Shown: piece after piece, positions 8,446 through 16,942 of the stretch
Position numbering within the stretch: the first letter of the stretch is position 1
Layout of the letters: each line of letters opens with the position of its first letter
Source of the DNA: a bacterium
GTDB taxonomy: Bacteria; Margulisbacteria; Marinamargulisbacteria; SXXA01
Length of the DNA: 60,449 nt
Assembly: GCA_010028705.1 (NCBI GenBank)
Contig: RHAI01000003.1
Coordinates: 1-60,449 of the forward strand
Direction of reading: 5' to 3'
Made by a program: the position numbers and the translations under genes
The notes under the pieces: generated by a model
Database searches by the model: none
What the model saw: only the letters and a program-made list of their open reading frames with translations
Told to the model about the DNA's origin: nothing

Positions 8446-9081
8446 CTAGTTGCTGCTGTCGGAGTAGAACGACAACGCCTGTTTTACTTCTTGGGCATCC
8501 TGCCAGGTTAACCATTTAGGGCTACCCTTTTCACGGCTTGCATTCCGAAGTAGGTAGGATGGGTGGAACATCGGCATAATATATAACGGGGAGTCCATGT
8601 AATCGACCATTGCCGTTACCCATTGTCCCCGAACTTGACTGATTGGGAGATTTGTTTCGAGGATAGTTTTCAACGCAGGGCTGCCCAACAATACCAGTAT
8701 TTTGGGTTTCACCAGTTGTATTTGCCGGATTAAATAGGGTCGGCAGGCATCCATTTCAGAACCAAGAGGTGTTCGGTTTTGGGGAGGACGGCATTTGACG
8801 GTGTTCGTAATATACGCATCGGTTTCCCGATTTATCCCCACGGACTCCAAAATTTTCGTTAACAACTGTCCGGCCTTTCCGACGAATGGAATGCCCTGGA
8901 TATCTTCCTGTTCACCTGGACCTTCTCCGATAATCATTAGGTGACTTGGAACCGGTCCGTGACCGACTACCACCTGATTGCAGCCCGCCCGCAGATCACA
9001 TTTCCGGCATCCTTTACATTCGGTGATGAGTTCATGGAAATCCATATCATTATAGGGAGTGATTTCGTTGAAATTTAGCAT
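8446..9081 (-). CDS. uracil-DNA glycosylase, family 4 (Fe-S type)
   Basis: CKGCRKCDL..C Cys cluster, IIGEGPGEQED, PFVGKAGQLL, HPSYLLRN. Confidence 0.9.
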   Translation of the reverse strand: MLNFNEITPYNDMDFHELITECKGCRKCDLRAGCNQVVVGHGPVPSHLMIIGEGPGEQEDIQGIPFVGKAGQLLTKILESVGINRETDAYITNTVKCRPPQNRTPLGSEMDACRPYLIRQIQLVKPKILVLLGSPALKTILETNLPISQVRGQWVTAMVDYMDSPLYIMPMFHPSYLLRNASREKGSPKWLTWQDAQEVKQALSFYSDSSN

Positions 9082-9082
9082 T

Positions 9083-9943
9083 TTATACTCCTGTTGACGA
9101 TAATCTCATGCTGAGATCGAGCGCTTTAACTGAATGAGTCAGGGACCCAACAGATATCCGATGGATTGGCGAGTGACGATAGCGAGAAATCGTGTCGAGT
9201 GTAATATTGCCCGATATCTCAATTTTGGCGGTAGGTGCACGCCGAGATAGCCGTTCCGCACCCACGGAGATGAGTTCAAATGGAAAGTTATCAAACATCA
9301 CAATATCGGCGTGATGAAGCGGGAGTTGATCAATTTGAGATAGTGTTTCGATTTCGATTTCGATCGGGATGTTAGGGTGTCGGGATTTGAAATCAATCAA
9401 CCGTGATTCCAATTCATGTAGGCAGCCAGCTGTTTGCATCGAGAGTAAATGGTTTTCTTTGATCAGTACCATATCCGATAATCCAAATCGATGGTTAGCC
9501 CCTCCTCCGGCTACGATAGCTTGTTTCTCAAGCTCACGTAACAATGGCGTTGTTTTACGCGTATCCAACACCTGGATGCTGGCGTTTCCAAGCGCATCCA
9601 CATAGGCACGTGTACTCGACGCGACGCCACATAAACGTTGTAAAAAATTTAATGCCACGCGTTCGAATTTTAATAAGCTTCGCATCCGTCCGTGTAATGT
9701 CATTAACCGAGTATTGGGGGTAATCCGGTCGCCGTCAGCGACGTCTAGGCTGCAGTGGATCGTGGGGTCGACGTGACGGATGCATTCTCGGATAACAGAT
9801 GTGCCAAAAAAAACACCCTCGGCTTTAGTAATGATTCGTGCGTCAGCTGGGGTGTCGACTGGAACGGTAAGTTCCGAGGTGATATCACCCCCTGGGATGT
9901 CTTCCTCATAGGTTAATTGAATTAATTCGGTGAGTGGCAGCAT
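9083..9943 (-). CDS. nadC: nicotinate-nucleotide diphosphorylase (carboxylating)
   Basis: EDIPGGDITSE..LERVALNFLQRLCGVAS..LDTRKTTP..GG..NHRFGLSDMVLIKENH..ISGNIT. Confidence 0.9.
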   Translation of the reverse strand: MLPLTELIQLTYEEDIPGGDITSELTVPVDTPADARIITKAEGVFFGTSVIRECIRHVDPTIHCSLDVADGDRITPNTRLMTLHGRMRSLLKFERVALNFLQRLCGVASSTRAYVDALGNASIQVLDTRKTTPLLRELEKQAIVAGGGANHRFGLSDMVLIKENHLLSMQTAGCLHELESRLIDFKSRHPNIPIEIEIETLSQIDQLPLHHADIVMFDNFPFELISVGAERLSRRAPTAKIEISGNITLDTISRYRHSPIHRISVGSLTHSVKALDLSMRLSSTGV

Positions 9944-9976
9944 CGTTTGATTATAAGGTACTCACCTTAGCCTCGA

Positions 9977-11059
9977 CTATACCCAATGAATTGGCGCAAA
10001 CCCGCCGCCCTGAATTTTAAAATTCATGACTTGCCCTTGAAATAGTCGGGCACCTACCAGTTGGATTTTGCCTGCGAATGTGTAGACTCGAATGTCATAT
10101 TTGAATTCGACATCATTGACGAGGGTGGTGGCCGGTGGCGCATATTGCTGGGCGATCATGGGCTGGCTCCACAGCGATTCAAATGTTTTGCGCGAGATGC
10201 GATCCCCCTTGTAAGCCGCCTTGGATCCATACGATCCGATTGGTTTGAAAAACAACCCTTTTCGGTGACTCCACAGCCAGTCACGATCGCACGATGCAAC
10301 CTCAATTATTGGCGGAATCCACTGTTTAATCAACCGATGATCCATCGTTGCGAATTCGCCCAATTTCCGTTTGTCGGCGATTCGGCGATATTCATCTGGA
10401 TGGGGAGATATCCTGAAACCCTGTTCGAAGGCTATTTTTAATGACTGGGATATAGGGGATTGAAGTTCAAAATCGCAGCTTCGATTATATATTCCGTCGA
10501 ACCGATGCCCGGCGCAGTCTGTGAGAGACTGTCCGTTCCAATTCAGCGTGTCGGGGGCGCAAATTCGAACGTTCCATCCCCAGGATTCCAATAGCCCAGC
10601 CACCATTTTAAACTCAAATCGAGTTTTCTGAGTGTGGGGGTCTTCATCAACAATTGCAATTCGATGGCCCTCAGCAAATACGGTTTCAAACATTTGACGA
10701 ATGGCTGGAATGAACGGTGGTAACGGGGAGTCGATTTGATTGAAACGTTCGAGCGCATCGACAAGCAGTGCCCCGGCAGCGTTAGTGTTAATTTCGATTA
10801 ATCGAGGGCCCTCGGGTGTGATATGAAAGTCAAAACTTGTAAACATCGATTCGCAGTCCGTGTGGGGTCCCCGAGTGGCGTCATAAATATATTGGCAGCC
10901 TTGTTTAAACTCATCGAGCCATTGATGTGGAAGTGATACGATTGCCGGGCTGACCATCACTGGATCGAGTGGGCCGTTGAGGTCGAGCCGATTCCAGTAT
11001 GGATGATGGGTTCCCAACCAATCAATAAAGCGGGGAAATGAGTCGTGGGTCTTAGGCAT
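9977..11059 (-). CDS. glutathionylspermidine-synthase-family (YgiC/YjfC-like) pre-ATP-grasp amidoligase
   Basis: 360 aa. An early FDFHITPEGPRLIEINTNAAG matches the RFDf..dG..klLEyNaDtP signature placement of the GSP_synth family. 8-nt overlap with the pepP stop. Confidence 0.45.
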   Translation of the reverse strand: MPKTHDSFPRFIDWLGTHHPYWNRLDLNGPLDPVMVSPAIVSLPHQWLDEFKQGCQYIYDATRGPHTDCESMFTSFDFHITPEGPRLIEINTNAAGALLVDALERFNQIDSPLPPFIPAIRQMFETVFAEGHRIAIVDEDPHTQKTRFEFKMVAGLLESWGWNVRICAPDTLNWNGQSLTDCAGHRFDGIYNRSCDFELQSPISQSLKIAFEQGFRISPHPDEYRRIADKRKLGEFATMDHRLIKQWIPPIIEVASCDRDWLWSHRKGLFFKPIGSYGSKAAYKGDRISRKTFESLWSQPMIAQQYAPPATTLVNDVEFKYDIRVYTFAGKIQLVGARLFQGQVMNFKIQGGGFAPIHWV

Positions 11060-12434
11060 TGCCGGTCACCAGTGCCGCAATCCGGTCGGGATCTTTAACG
11101 GTGGTTGTCAGATTTCGGCAGCCGGTAGGGGTGATCAATAGATCGTCTTCGATTCGGATCCCAAGTGTTTCTCTGTATCGCACGCCCCCAATGTTTAATT
11201 CAAACTCCCCGTAAATTCCGGGCTCATTGGATATGACGTTACCACTTTCCAGAGGACGTGTTCGGTATTCTCGACTGGGATCACCGTCATGGACTTGGTG
11301 ACCGAGTAAGTGGCTGACATTGTGGGGAGATCCGGTGTATGGCAATCGGACGCTCCCGCCGCGTTTAATAATTTCTGAGTCAAGCCGCTGTTGAATAATA
11401 TTCCAACATTCTCTGTTCAGTTCATGAATGGACACGCCGGGCGCCGCCCATTTTTCGACGACTTCCTGTGCCTCCAGTGTGATGTCAATGAGTAGTCGTT
11501 GTAGCGGTGAGTAGCGTCCCGAAATTGGAGCGACCCGAGTGATGTCGGAGTGTACCGAGTGCCATCTTACCCCGAAATCGGTGAGTAACAGGGATTCAGG
11601 TACTAAGCACTCGTTATTTTTTGTGTAATGTAGGATGGCGGCATTGTGACCCTGGGCAATAATCGACGGAAAACTGGTTCCAAATTCGCTGTGCCAATGT
11701 AGTTTGGATTCAAGATGACATCGGGCGTCGTGTTCGGTCTCGCAGGACTGCAGCGAGCTGAGTAATGTCAGGTAAGCCGACGCAGATTTTTGATTCGCAA
11801 TTTCAAGATTGGTGATATCGACGTCGTCCATCACGAGTCGCTGAGTCCACATCAGTGATGCCATGTTTTGAATGGTTAGTGAGGGGCGGCGCTGTTTGAT
11901 TGATGTGACAATGGGTCGAATGTCCGCCCACGCGTGATCATTTCGTCGTTTTCCGTTGGCGGTGTTCCAGATAAGCCCGAGTGTTTCACGGGTTCCGAGT
12001 GCAGACAGTATTGCGCGTCCCATCTGGTGACGATCGGCGACCTCATCGACTCCGGTAATACCGATCGTGTCATCGATGGCCATTGGATCAACGGATCCGA
12101 ATTGACGACCTTCCCAGAATTCCAATTTTGGATTTTTTTTCGGAACAAATAACGTACATTTTTGTTCCGAGGGATCAAGAAATAACGCTGTGTTTGGTTG
12201 GTTTACGCCAGATAAATAAAGCAGGTAGGGATCTTGGTAAATCGTTCGATGAATGTGTGCCCATGGGTAATTGCCCCCAGGTCCGAATGTGGGCCCAACA
12301 ATCAGTAGTGGATGCTCTAAGTGGCGAAATAAAAACTGCCGTCGTTTTCGATAGCGACCAACGGCCGCATGATGATCTAATCCATCGGTAATGAATAGTG
12401 GGGCCAGTGTGTTTGTGTCAAAGGCTGGGGGCAT
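11052..12434 (-). CDS. pepP: Xaa-Pro aminopeptidase (M24B, AMP_N + peptidase domain)
   Basis: YQDPYLLYLSGV..LFVP (AMP_N); HLLGHQVHD; NEPGIY; GIRIEDDLLIT. Confidence 0.9.
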   Translation of the reverse strand: MPPAFDTNTLAPLFITDGLDHHAAVGRYRKRRQFLFRHLEHPLLIVGPTFGPGGNYPWAHIHRTIYQDPYLLYLSGVNQPNTALFLDPSEQKCTLFVPKKNPKLEFWEGRQFGSVDPMAIDDTIGITGVDEVADRHQMGRAILSALGTRETLGLIWNTANGKRRNDHAWADIRPIVTSIKQRRPSLTIQNMASLMWTQRLVMDDVDITNLEIANQKSASAYLTLLSSLQSCETEHDARCHLESKLHWHSEFGTSFPSIIAQGHNAAILHYTKNNECLVPESLLLTDFGVRWHSVHSDITRVAPISGRYSPLQRLLIDITLEAQEVVEKWAAPGVSIHELNRECWNIIQQRLDSEIIKRGGSVRLPYTGSPHNVSHLLGHQVHDGDPSREYRTRPLESGNVISNEPGIYGEFELNIGGVRYRETLGIRIEDDLLITPTGCRNLTTTVKDPDRIAALVTGNA

Positions 12435-12516
12435 ACTGCCGTCTCACTCCCTAAAAACGAACGGGCCTGTTGCCCAAAGTTGAAACCGGACGAATGGTAT
12501 GCTTGCCGGTAATAAA

Positions 12517-12593
12517 TGGTCGGGGCGACTGGATTCGAACCAGCGACCACCTGTTCCCAAAACAGGTGCGCTACCGGGCTGCGCTACGCCCCG
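12517..12593 (-). tRNA. tRNA-Pro (anticodon UGG), CCA encoded
   Basis: The reverse complement reads CGGGGCG-TA-GCGC..GCGC-A-CCTGT-TTTGGGA-ACAGG-TGGTC-GCTGG-TTCGAAT-CCAGT-CGCCCCG-ACCA. Confidence 0.95.
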
Positions 12594-12611
12594 ATTTTCG
12601 GCAGAATCTCT

Positions 12612-12641
12612 AGTGTACAGGAAAGAGTGCGCCGGGGACAA
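12612..12641 (-). promoter_or_regulatory. possible promoter TTGTCC-N18-TACACT upstream of tRNA-Pro
   Basis: -35 at 12641-12636, -10 at 12617-12612. The tRNA 5' end at 12593 is 18 nt downstream of the -10. Confidence 0.25.
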
Positions 12642-12687
12642 GCTGCAGCGAATGACCACTCTCCCCCCAGCGAGTGATCGGAGAAAG

Positions 12688-12909
12688 TTATGATGACATG
12701 TCGTCCATATCGAAATCGAGATCTTCGATATTTTCGGCGTTTGGCAACTCGATGTCTTGGTAATCATACATCAAACTTTTGGAGCGATCTTCTTTCACAA
12801 AGTTATGTTCCTCGGTAATTTTTTCCTCGGTTTTGTCTTTGCATAAATTGCAAGTGATGCTGATCATCCCGTGTATACAGTACAGTATTTTCTCTGTGGT
12901 AGTAGTCAT
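12688..12909 (-). CDS. hypothetical small protein: C-x-H-x6-C-x2-C knuckle plus highly acidic tail
   Basis: 73 aa with YCIHGMISITCNLC, 18 D/E versus 7 K/R, and the tail DIELPNAENIEDLDFDMDDMSS. It lies 3 nt after the upstream gene. Confidence 0.5.
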   Translation of the reverse strand: MTTTTEKILYCIHGMISITCNLCKDKTEEKITEEHNFVKEDRSKSLMYDYQDIELPNAENIEDLDFDMDDMSS

Positions 12910-12912
12910 CCA

Positions 12913-13380
12913 TTACTCCTCTACTAGTGATTTCTCAATTTCCTTTGTCCCATTCAACACGATTAACGCGCCATTGTCATCTACCATTACCTCGTCAAAC
13001 GGTGCACCAAACACTTTCTCGAGGTTTGAGACAATTGACGGGTCAAGTACCGAGTGAGCGACTTCTCCAAGTCGGGCCTTAATTTTTCGACGATTATCTT
13101 CGTCGGCGGTCACCAGTGTAAGAACCGAATTTGAAAATCCTAAGGTGCGTATTGCCTCGGATTGAAGTGAATTGGGTTGAAGTAGTTGAATGGAATGGAG
13201 CGTATCGGCGATGGATTGATTGAGGTGGACACCGGGCGTTTTTGTCAGCGTGACCGGGCCTCGAATGTTTAGCGCGTCCAGAACGATTTTAATGGCGCCT
13301 AACCTATTTCCTGAAGTGGGTGCTGTTCCGATGCGGTGAGCTTGGCCATGAGGGACGATGCCTGAGACCTCGAGGCTCAT
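12913..13380 (-). CDS. hypothetical protein (155 aa, soluble, no recognised motif)
   Basis: ATGA overlap with the upstream ORF at 13377-13380. No TM or signal peptide. Confidence 0.5.
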   Translation of the reverse strand: MSLEVSGIVPHGQAHRIGTAPTSGNRLGAIKIVLDALNIRGPVTLTKTPGVHLNQSIADTLHSIQLLQPNSLQSEAIRTLGFSNSVLTLVTADEDNRRKIKARLGEVAHSVLDPSIVSNLEKVFGAPFDEVMVDDNGALIVLNGTKEIEKSLVEE

Positions 13381-13688
13381 CCGGGCTGACCTTTCTGTGT
13401 GACGGAAACGGTGACTAATTCATAGTCGTGTACATTGTCGAGCATGTAACCTCCAAGTTTAATCATTAATTTCTTGTCGTTATTGGTGCCCTCTTTACCA
13501 TTAACGGTGATTCGACCTGATTTTCGATCGTAAACGTATGAAGTGCCTCTCTCAAGCGGGTGCTTGTGGTAGAGGACAATTTTTTCATCGTTTTCCGCGT
13601 AAATTATTTTGCTGCCGTCAGGAAGTGTACGTCCGTCATCTGCGAATTGAACAATACGTGCCTTTTCATGTGTTTTGCGTAAAGCCAT
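13377..13688 (-). CDS. hypothetical protein (103 aa, soluble, no recognised motif)
   Basis: AAGGA lies 7 nt upstream of ATG 13688. Beta-rich-looking sequence (KIIYAENDEKIVLYHKH..SYVYDRKSGRITVNGKEG). Confidence 0.5.
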   Translation of the reverse strand: MALRKTHEKARIVQFADDGRTLPDGSKIIYAENDEKIVLYHKHPLERGTSYVYDRKSGRITVNGKEGTNNDKKLMIKLGGYMLDNVHDYELVTVSVTQKGQPG

Positions 13689-13750
13689 CTGTAGTCCTTA
13701 ACAATTGGATATCGGGTGCTCCGATTTCCCCTTAAAGTACGCCGGGTGGA

Positions 13751-15055
13751 TTATACGGGATCGCCTTCATCTAGGCCAACCCGTAATTTAGTTACGATCT
13801 CTTGCACGACTGAGTCTGTTTCAAGGCCAATTAATGCGCTGGACATCGAGTCTTCGGCCACGGAATGGGTAATAAAAACAATTTCAGCCACGTGGTTGGT
13901 GCAGGGTTTCTGCATGATTTTTGATATGCTCACCTGATGGTGGGCAAGTATCGTGGCTATAGTTGCAAGTGTTCCTGGCGCGTCACTGGCCAGCAATCGA
14001 ACAAAAAATTGTGATTTTAACTCGGATTCATGGGCCAAACTGACTTTGTCAAACGCATATTCCAAATTTCGGAGACTTGTTCGATGAGAATCAAATGCAA
14101 TATCGATTATATCGGATACTATCGCTGATCCGGTTGGCGAACTGCCGGCTCCTCGACCCGATAGCATTGATTCTCCAACGGCATTTCCAACGATAAATAC
14201 GGCATTAAATTCGTTTCGAACACCCGCGAGTGGGTGGTGACGGGGGATCATGGTTGGGCACACCTTAAAGGACAGCTTCCCGTTCGACAACTGTTTGCCG
14301 GACGCCAGTAATTTGATGGTGTAGCCAAGTTCGGCTGCCAGCTGCATATCTCGAAGCGCGATGGATTCAATTCCTTCATACGGGATCTCTGACACCGGAA
14401 TGTCGGCCTTGAACGCAACGGAGGCCAATATACTTAGTTTATAGGCGGTGTCTAAACCTGAAACGTCCATCGACGGGTCGGCCTCGGCGAATCCTTTTGC
14501 TTGGGCATCGGCTACCACATCTCCGAATTCCTTACCTTCGTCATTAAGCTTGGTCAAAATATAGTTGGTCGTGCCGTTTAATATCCCATGCAGACTTTCG
14601 ATTCGATTAGCGGCCAACCCGACTTTCAGAGTCCGAATCAATGGGATGCCACCGCCGACAGCCGCTTCATAATAGATATCGGAATCATGAGCTTTGGCTA
14701 AATCAAAAAATCGTTTCTTATGTTTTGATATGACTTCCTTATTTGCAGTCACGACATATTTGCCGAGCTTGAGCGCCTCGCAAATGTACTCGAAGGCGGG
14801 GTTTTCGCCGCCAATGGCCTCGACGATAACGTCGATGGCCGGGTCGTGAATCATTGCGATCGCATCGGTGGTGAGGACGGCGTTTCCACAATCGAGGTGG
14901 CGATATTTTTTCGGATCGCGAACAACAATCGTTTTGACACAGATCGATTTCGAGGTTCGCCGCTCGATTAAATCTCGATTTTCATTTAATAGTTGGACGA
15001 CGCCAGCCCCGACATTGCCGAATCCTAATATCCCAATCGAAATAGTTGACTTCAT
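13751..15055 (-). CDS. hom: homoserine dehydrogenase (with C-terminal ACT domain)
   Basis: IGILGFGNVGAGVV..VVTANK..YYEAAVGGGIP..GILNGTTNYILT..A.GFAEADPS.D. Confidence 0.95.
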   Translation of the reverse strand: MKSTISIGILGFGNVGAGVVQLLNENRDLIERRTSKSICVKTIVVRDPKKYRHLDCGNAVLTTDAIAMIHDPAIDVIVEAIGGENPAFEYICEALKLGKYVVTANKEVISKHKKRFFDLAKAHDSDIYYEAAVGGGIPLIRTLKVGLAANRIESLHGILNGTTNYILTKLNDEGKEFGDVVADAQAKGFAEADPSMDVSGLDTAYKLSILASVAFKADIPVSEIPYEGIESIALRDMQLAAELGYTIKLLASGKQLSNGKLSFKVCPTMIPRHHPLAGVRNEFNAVFIVGNAVGESMLSGRGAGSSPTGSAIVSDIIDIAFDSHRTSLRNLEYAFDKVSLAHESELKSQFFVRLLASDAPGTLATIATILAHHQVSISKIMQKPCTNHVAEIVFITHSVAEDSMSSALIGLETDSVVQEIVTKLRVGLDEGDPV

Positions 15056-15062
15056 ACCCGAA

Positions 15063-15091
15063 AAATTAACTCAGACTCGCTATATTGGCAA
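15063..15091 (-). promoter_or_regulatory. putative sigma-70 promoter TTGCCA-N17-TAATTT, 7 nt upstream of hom ATG
   Basis: -35 at 15091-15086, -10 at 15068-15063, ATG at 15055. No SD in the 7-nt gap. Confidence 0.4.
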
Positions 15092-15110
15092 ATTGCGATT
15101 ACGGTACCCG

Positions 15111-15138
15111 TTGTCTGGGGCTTCGAATGCGCTATAAT
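15111..15138 (+). promoter_or_regulatory. putative sigma-70 promoter TTGTCT-N16-TATAAT (about 120-nt leader to ATG 15268)
   Basis: -35 at 15111-15116 and a perfect -10 at 15133-15138. The downstream gene has AGGAGG 8 nt before its ATG. Confidence 0.35.
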
Positions 15139-15267
15139 TCTTACTTTCGGGACTGTTGTAACGTGCACTACGCTGAGAAAAAGGTTTGACACGATGGGTG
15201 GTGCTTGTATTGCCATCGCATGTCGCAACACCCCCATCTCGGTTTACTTTAGGAGGATATTTGATCT

Positions 15268-15774
15268 ATGAATCTGAATCGCCCAGTCATTTTGACGCCT
15301 GATATCGCGCATCGATTTCAGACCTTTATAATTTTTGAGCCGGCATCGTCTCGAATTCACGAATTCGATATATTGATTTCGGGGCAGAAAGTACGTGAGC
15401 TGTACGATCGGCTGATCGACGAACTCAATTCGGATTACTCGTTAAAAACTCAGATAATTTTGAATCGTGTGACAAAAATTGGGCAAATGCTTGATCTGTT
15501 AAAGTCCTATGATACGGTACTCATTTCGAAGTTTTTCGATCGTGTGTGGCGACGATATTCGTATATTAGCAATATTGGTGAACCATTTCTTGATCTCCCC
15601 ACGTTTTTAAAGTTTTTTCCAGAATATGCCACCGATACGGATGTATTGTTGGCGCAACGCATTGATGACGAGGATGATGAATTTTCAGATGGTGGGGCGC
15701 GTGACTCTGACTCTGTGTCCGAATCGGAGTCTGATCGAGTGGATATTCAGACATTAGACGAGCAGCAGGACTAA
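15268..15774 (+). CDS. hypothetical protein with acidic Ser/Asp-rich C-terminal tail
   Basis: 168 aa, strong SD (AGGAGG), no recognised motif. The tail is DDEDDEFSDGGARDSDSVSESESD. Confidence 0.5.
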   Translation: MNLNRPVILTPDIAHRFQTFIIFEPASSRIHEFDILISGQKVRELYDRLIDELNSDYSLKTQIILNRVTKIGQMLDLLKSYDTVLISKFFDRVWRRYSYISNIGEPFLDLPTFLKFFPEYATDTDVLLAQRIDDEDDEFSDGGARDSDSVSESESDRVDIQTLDEQQD

Positions 15775-15778
15775 GGGT

Positions 15779-16879
15779 ATGACATTATCAGTTGGTATCG
15801 TTGGGTTGCCGAATGTCGGTAAGTCAACTCTTTTTAACGCGATCACTAATTCCGGTGTCGACGCGCAAAATTATCCGTTTTGCACGATTGAGCCTAACTC
15901 TGGGATTGTTCCCGTGCCAGATTATCGGCTTGGAAAATTGGCTGAAATTAGCGGCACCGAGAAAATTATTAATGCGACCATTGAGTTTGTCGATATCGCA
16001 GGGTTGGTAAAAGGGGCCGCTCAGGGGGAAGGTTTAGGTAATAAATTTTTGGCCAACATTCGTGAAACGTCGGCAATTGCACATGTGGTGCGATGTTTTG
16101 ATGACGATAACATCATTCATGTCCACGGAGGTGTTGATCCCATCCGAGATATTGAGACCATTGAATTGGAACTTATTCTTGCCGACTTGGAAGTGGCTCA
16201 AAAAGCGTTAGAGAACCAGCAAAAACGGATCCGAACCAATCAAAAAGAAGAAGTGAAAAAATACGATTTTCTACGAAAAGTCGTCGACGAATTGGGGAGA
16301 AACAACCCCGTTCGAACACTGCATTGTGACGGTGACGATGAGGTGCTGTTGCGGCAGTATCAGTTTCTTACAGGAAAACCGATTGTTTATGTTGGCAATG
16401 TCGATGAGTCATCGATTGCTGATCCCGATGCGCTACCATCCGTCCAAAAGTTGAAGGCGCATGCGGCGGCCACGAATGCGGGCTGTATTATTATTTGTGC
16501 CAAATTAGAATCCGAGCTAGCTGAGCTGGATGCTGACGAAAAAGATCAGTTTTTAGCGGAGCTTGGGATTAAGGAATCGGGGCTAGATTTACTGTCTAGG
16601 GCGAGTTTTAGTTTGCTAGGACTTCAAACATACCTTACTACCGGAGTTAAAGAAACCCGAGCCTGGACGATTCGCGTTGGCGATACGGCACCGAAGGCAG
16701 CCGGAGTAATCCATACCGATTTTGAAAAAGGGTTTATTCGGGCCAATATTATTGGCTACGCGGAATTTGTGGAGTTCGGGGGATGGAAAGCTGCGAAGGA
16801 GAAGGGCCTGGTGCGGCAGGAGGGAAAAGAGTACATCATGCAGGATGGCGATGTCGTGGAATTTTTGTTTAACGTGTAA
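15779..16879 (+). CDS. ychF: ribosome-binding ATPase YchF
   Basis: [44 protein letters not shown]-terminal TGS ([23 protein letters not shown]). Confidence 0.95.
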   Translation: MTLSVGIVGLPNVGKSTLFNAITNSGVDAQNYPFCTIEPNSGIVPVPDYRLGKLAEISGTEKIINATIEFVDIAGLVKGAAQGEGLGNKFLANIRETSAIAHVVRCFDDDNIIHVHGGVDPIRDIETIELELILADLEVAQKALENQQKRIRTNQKEEVKKYDFLRKVVDELGRNNPVRTLHCDGDDEVLLRQYQFLTGKPIVYVGNVDESSIADPDALPSVQKLKAHAAATNAGCIIICAKLESELAELDADEKDQFLAELGIKESGLDLLSRASFSLLGLQTYLTTGVKETRAWTIRVGDTAPKAAGVIHTDFEKGFIRANIIGYAEFVEFGGWKAAKEKGLVRQEGKEYIMQDGDVVEFLFNV

Positions 16880-16886
16880 AAAAATA

Positions 16887-16915
16887 TTGGATCCGTCGAT
16901 GACCGAAGCTATACT
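16887..16915 (+). promoter_or_regulatory. putative sigma-70 promoter TTGGAT-N17-TATACT upstream of trxA
   Basis: -35 at 16887-16892, -10 at 16910-16915, then a 27-nt leader containing AAAGGAG. Confidence 0.4.
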
Positions 16916-16942
16916 GAGGATTCAGTACGAAAGGAGACTAAT

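Noticed and set aside
12444-12767. ORFs of 107 aa (minus) and 64 aa (plus) across 12444-12767
   Set aside because: They run through the tRNA-Pro gene (12517-12593). The sequence there is explained by the tRNA cloverleaf.
12517-13688. Possible tRNA-associated genomic island (unknown genes next to tRNA-Pro; likewise tRNA-Leu at 5569-5653)
   Set aside because: There is no integrase, excisionase or transposase. I could find no direct repeat of the tRNA 3' end. The unknown genes lie on the 5' side of the tRNA rather than at its 3' attachment end. The flanking genes are core metabolism.
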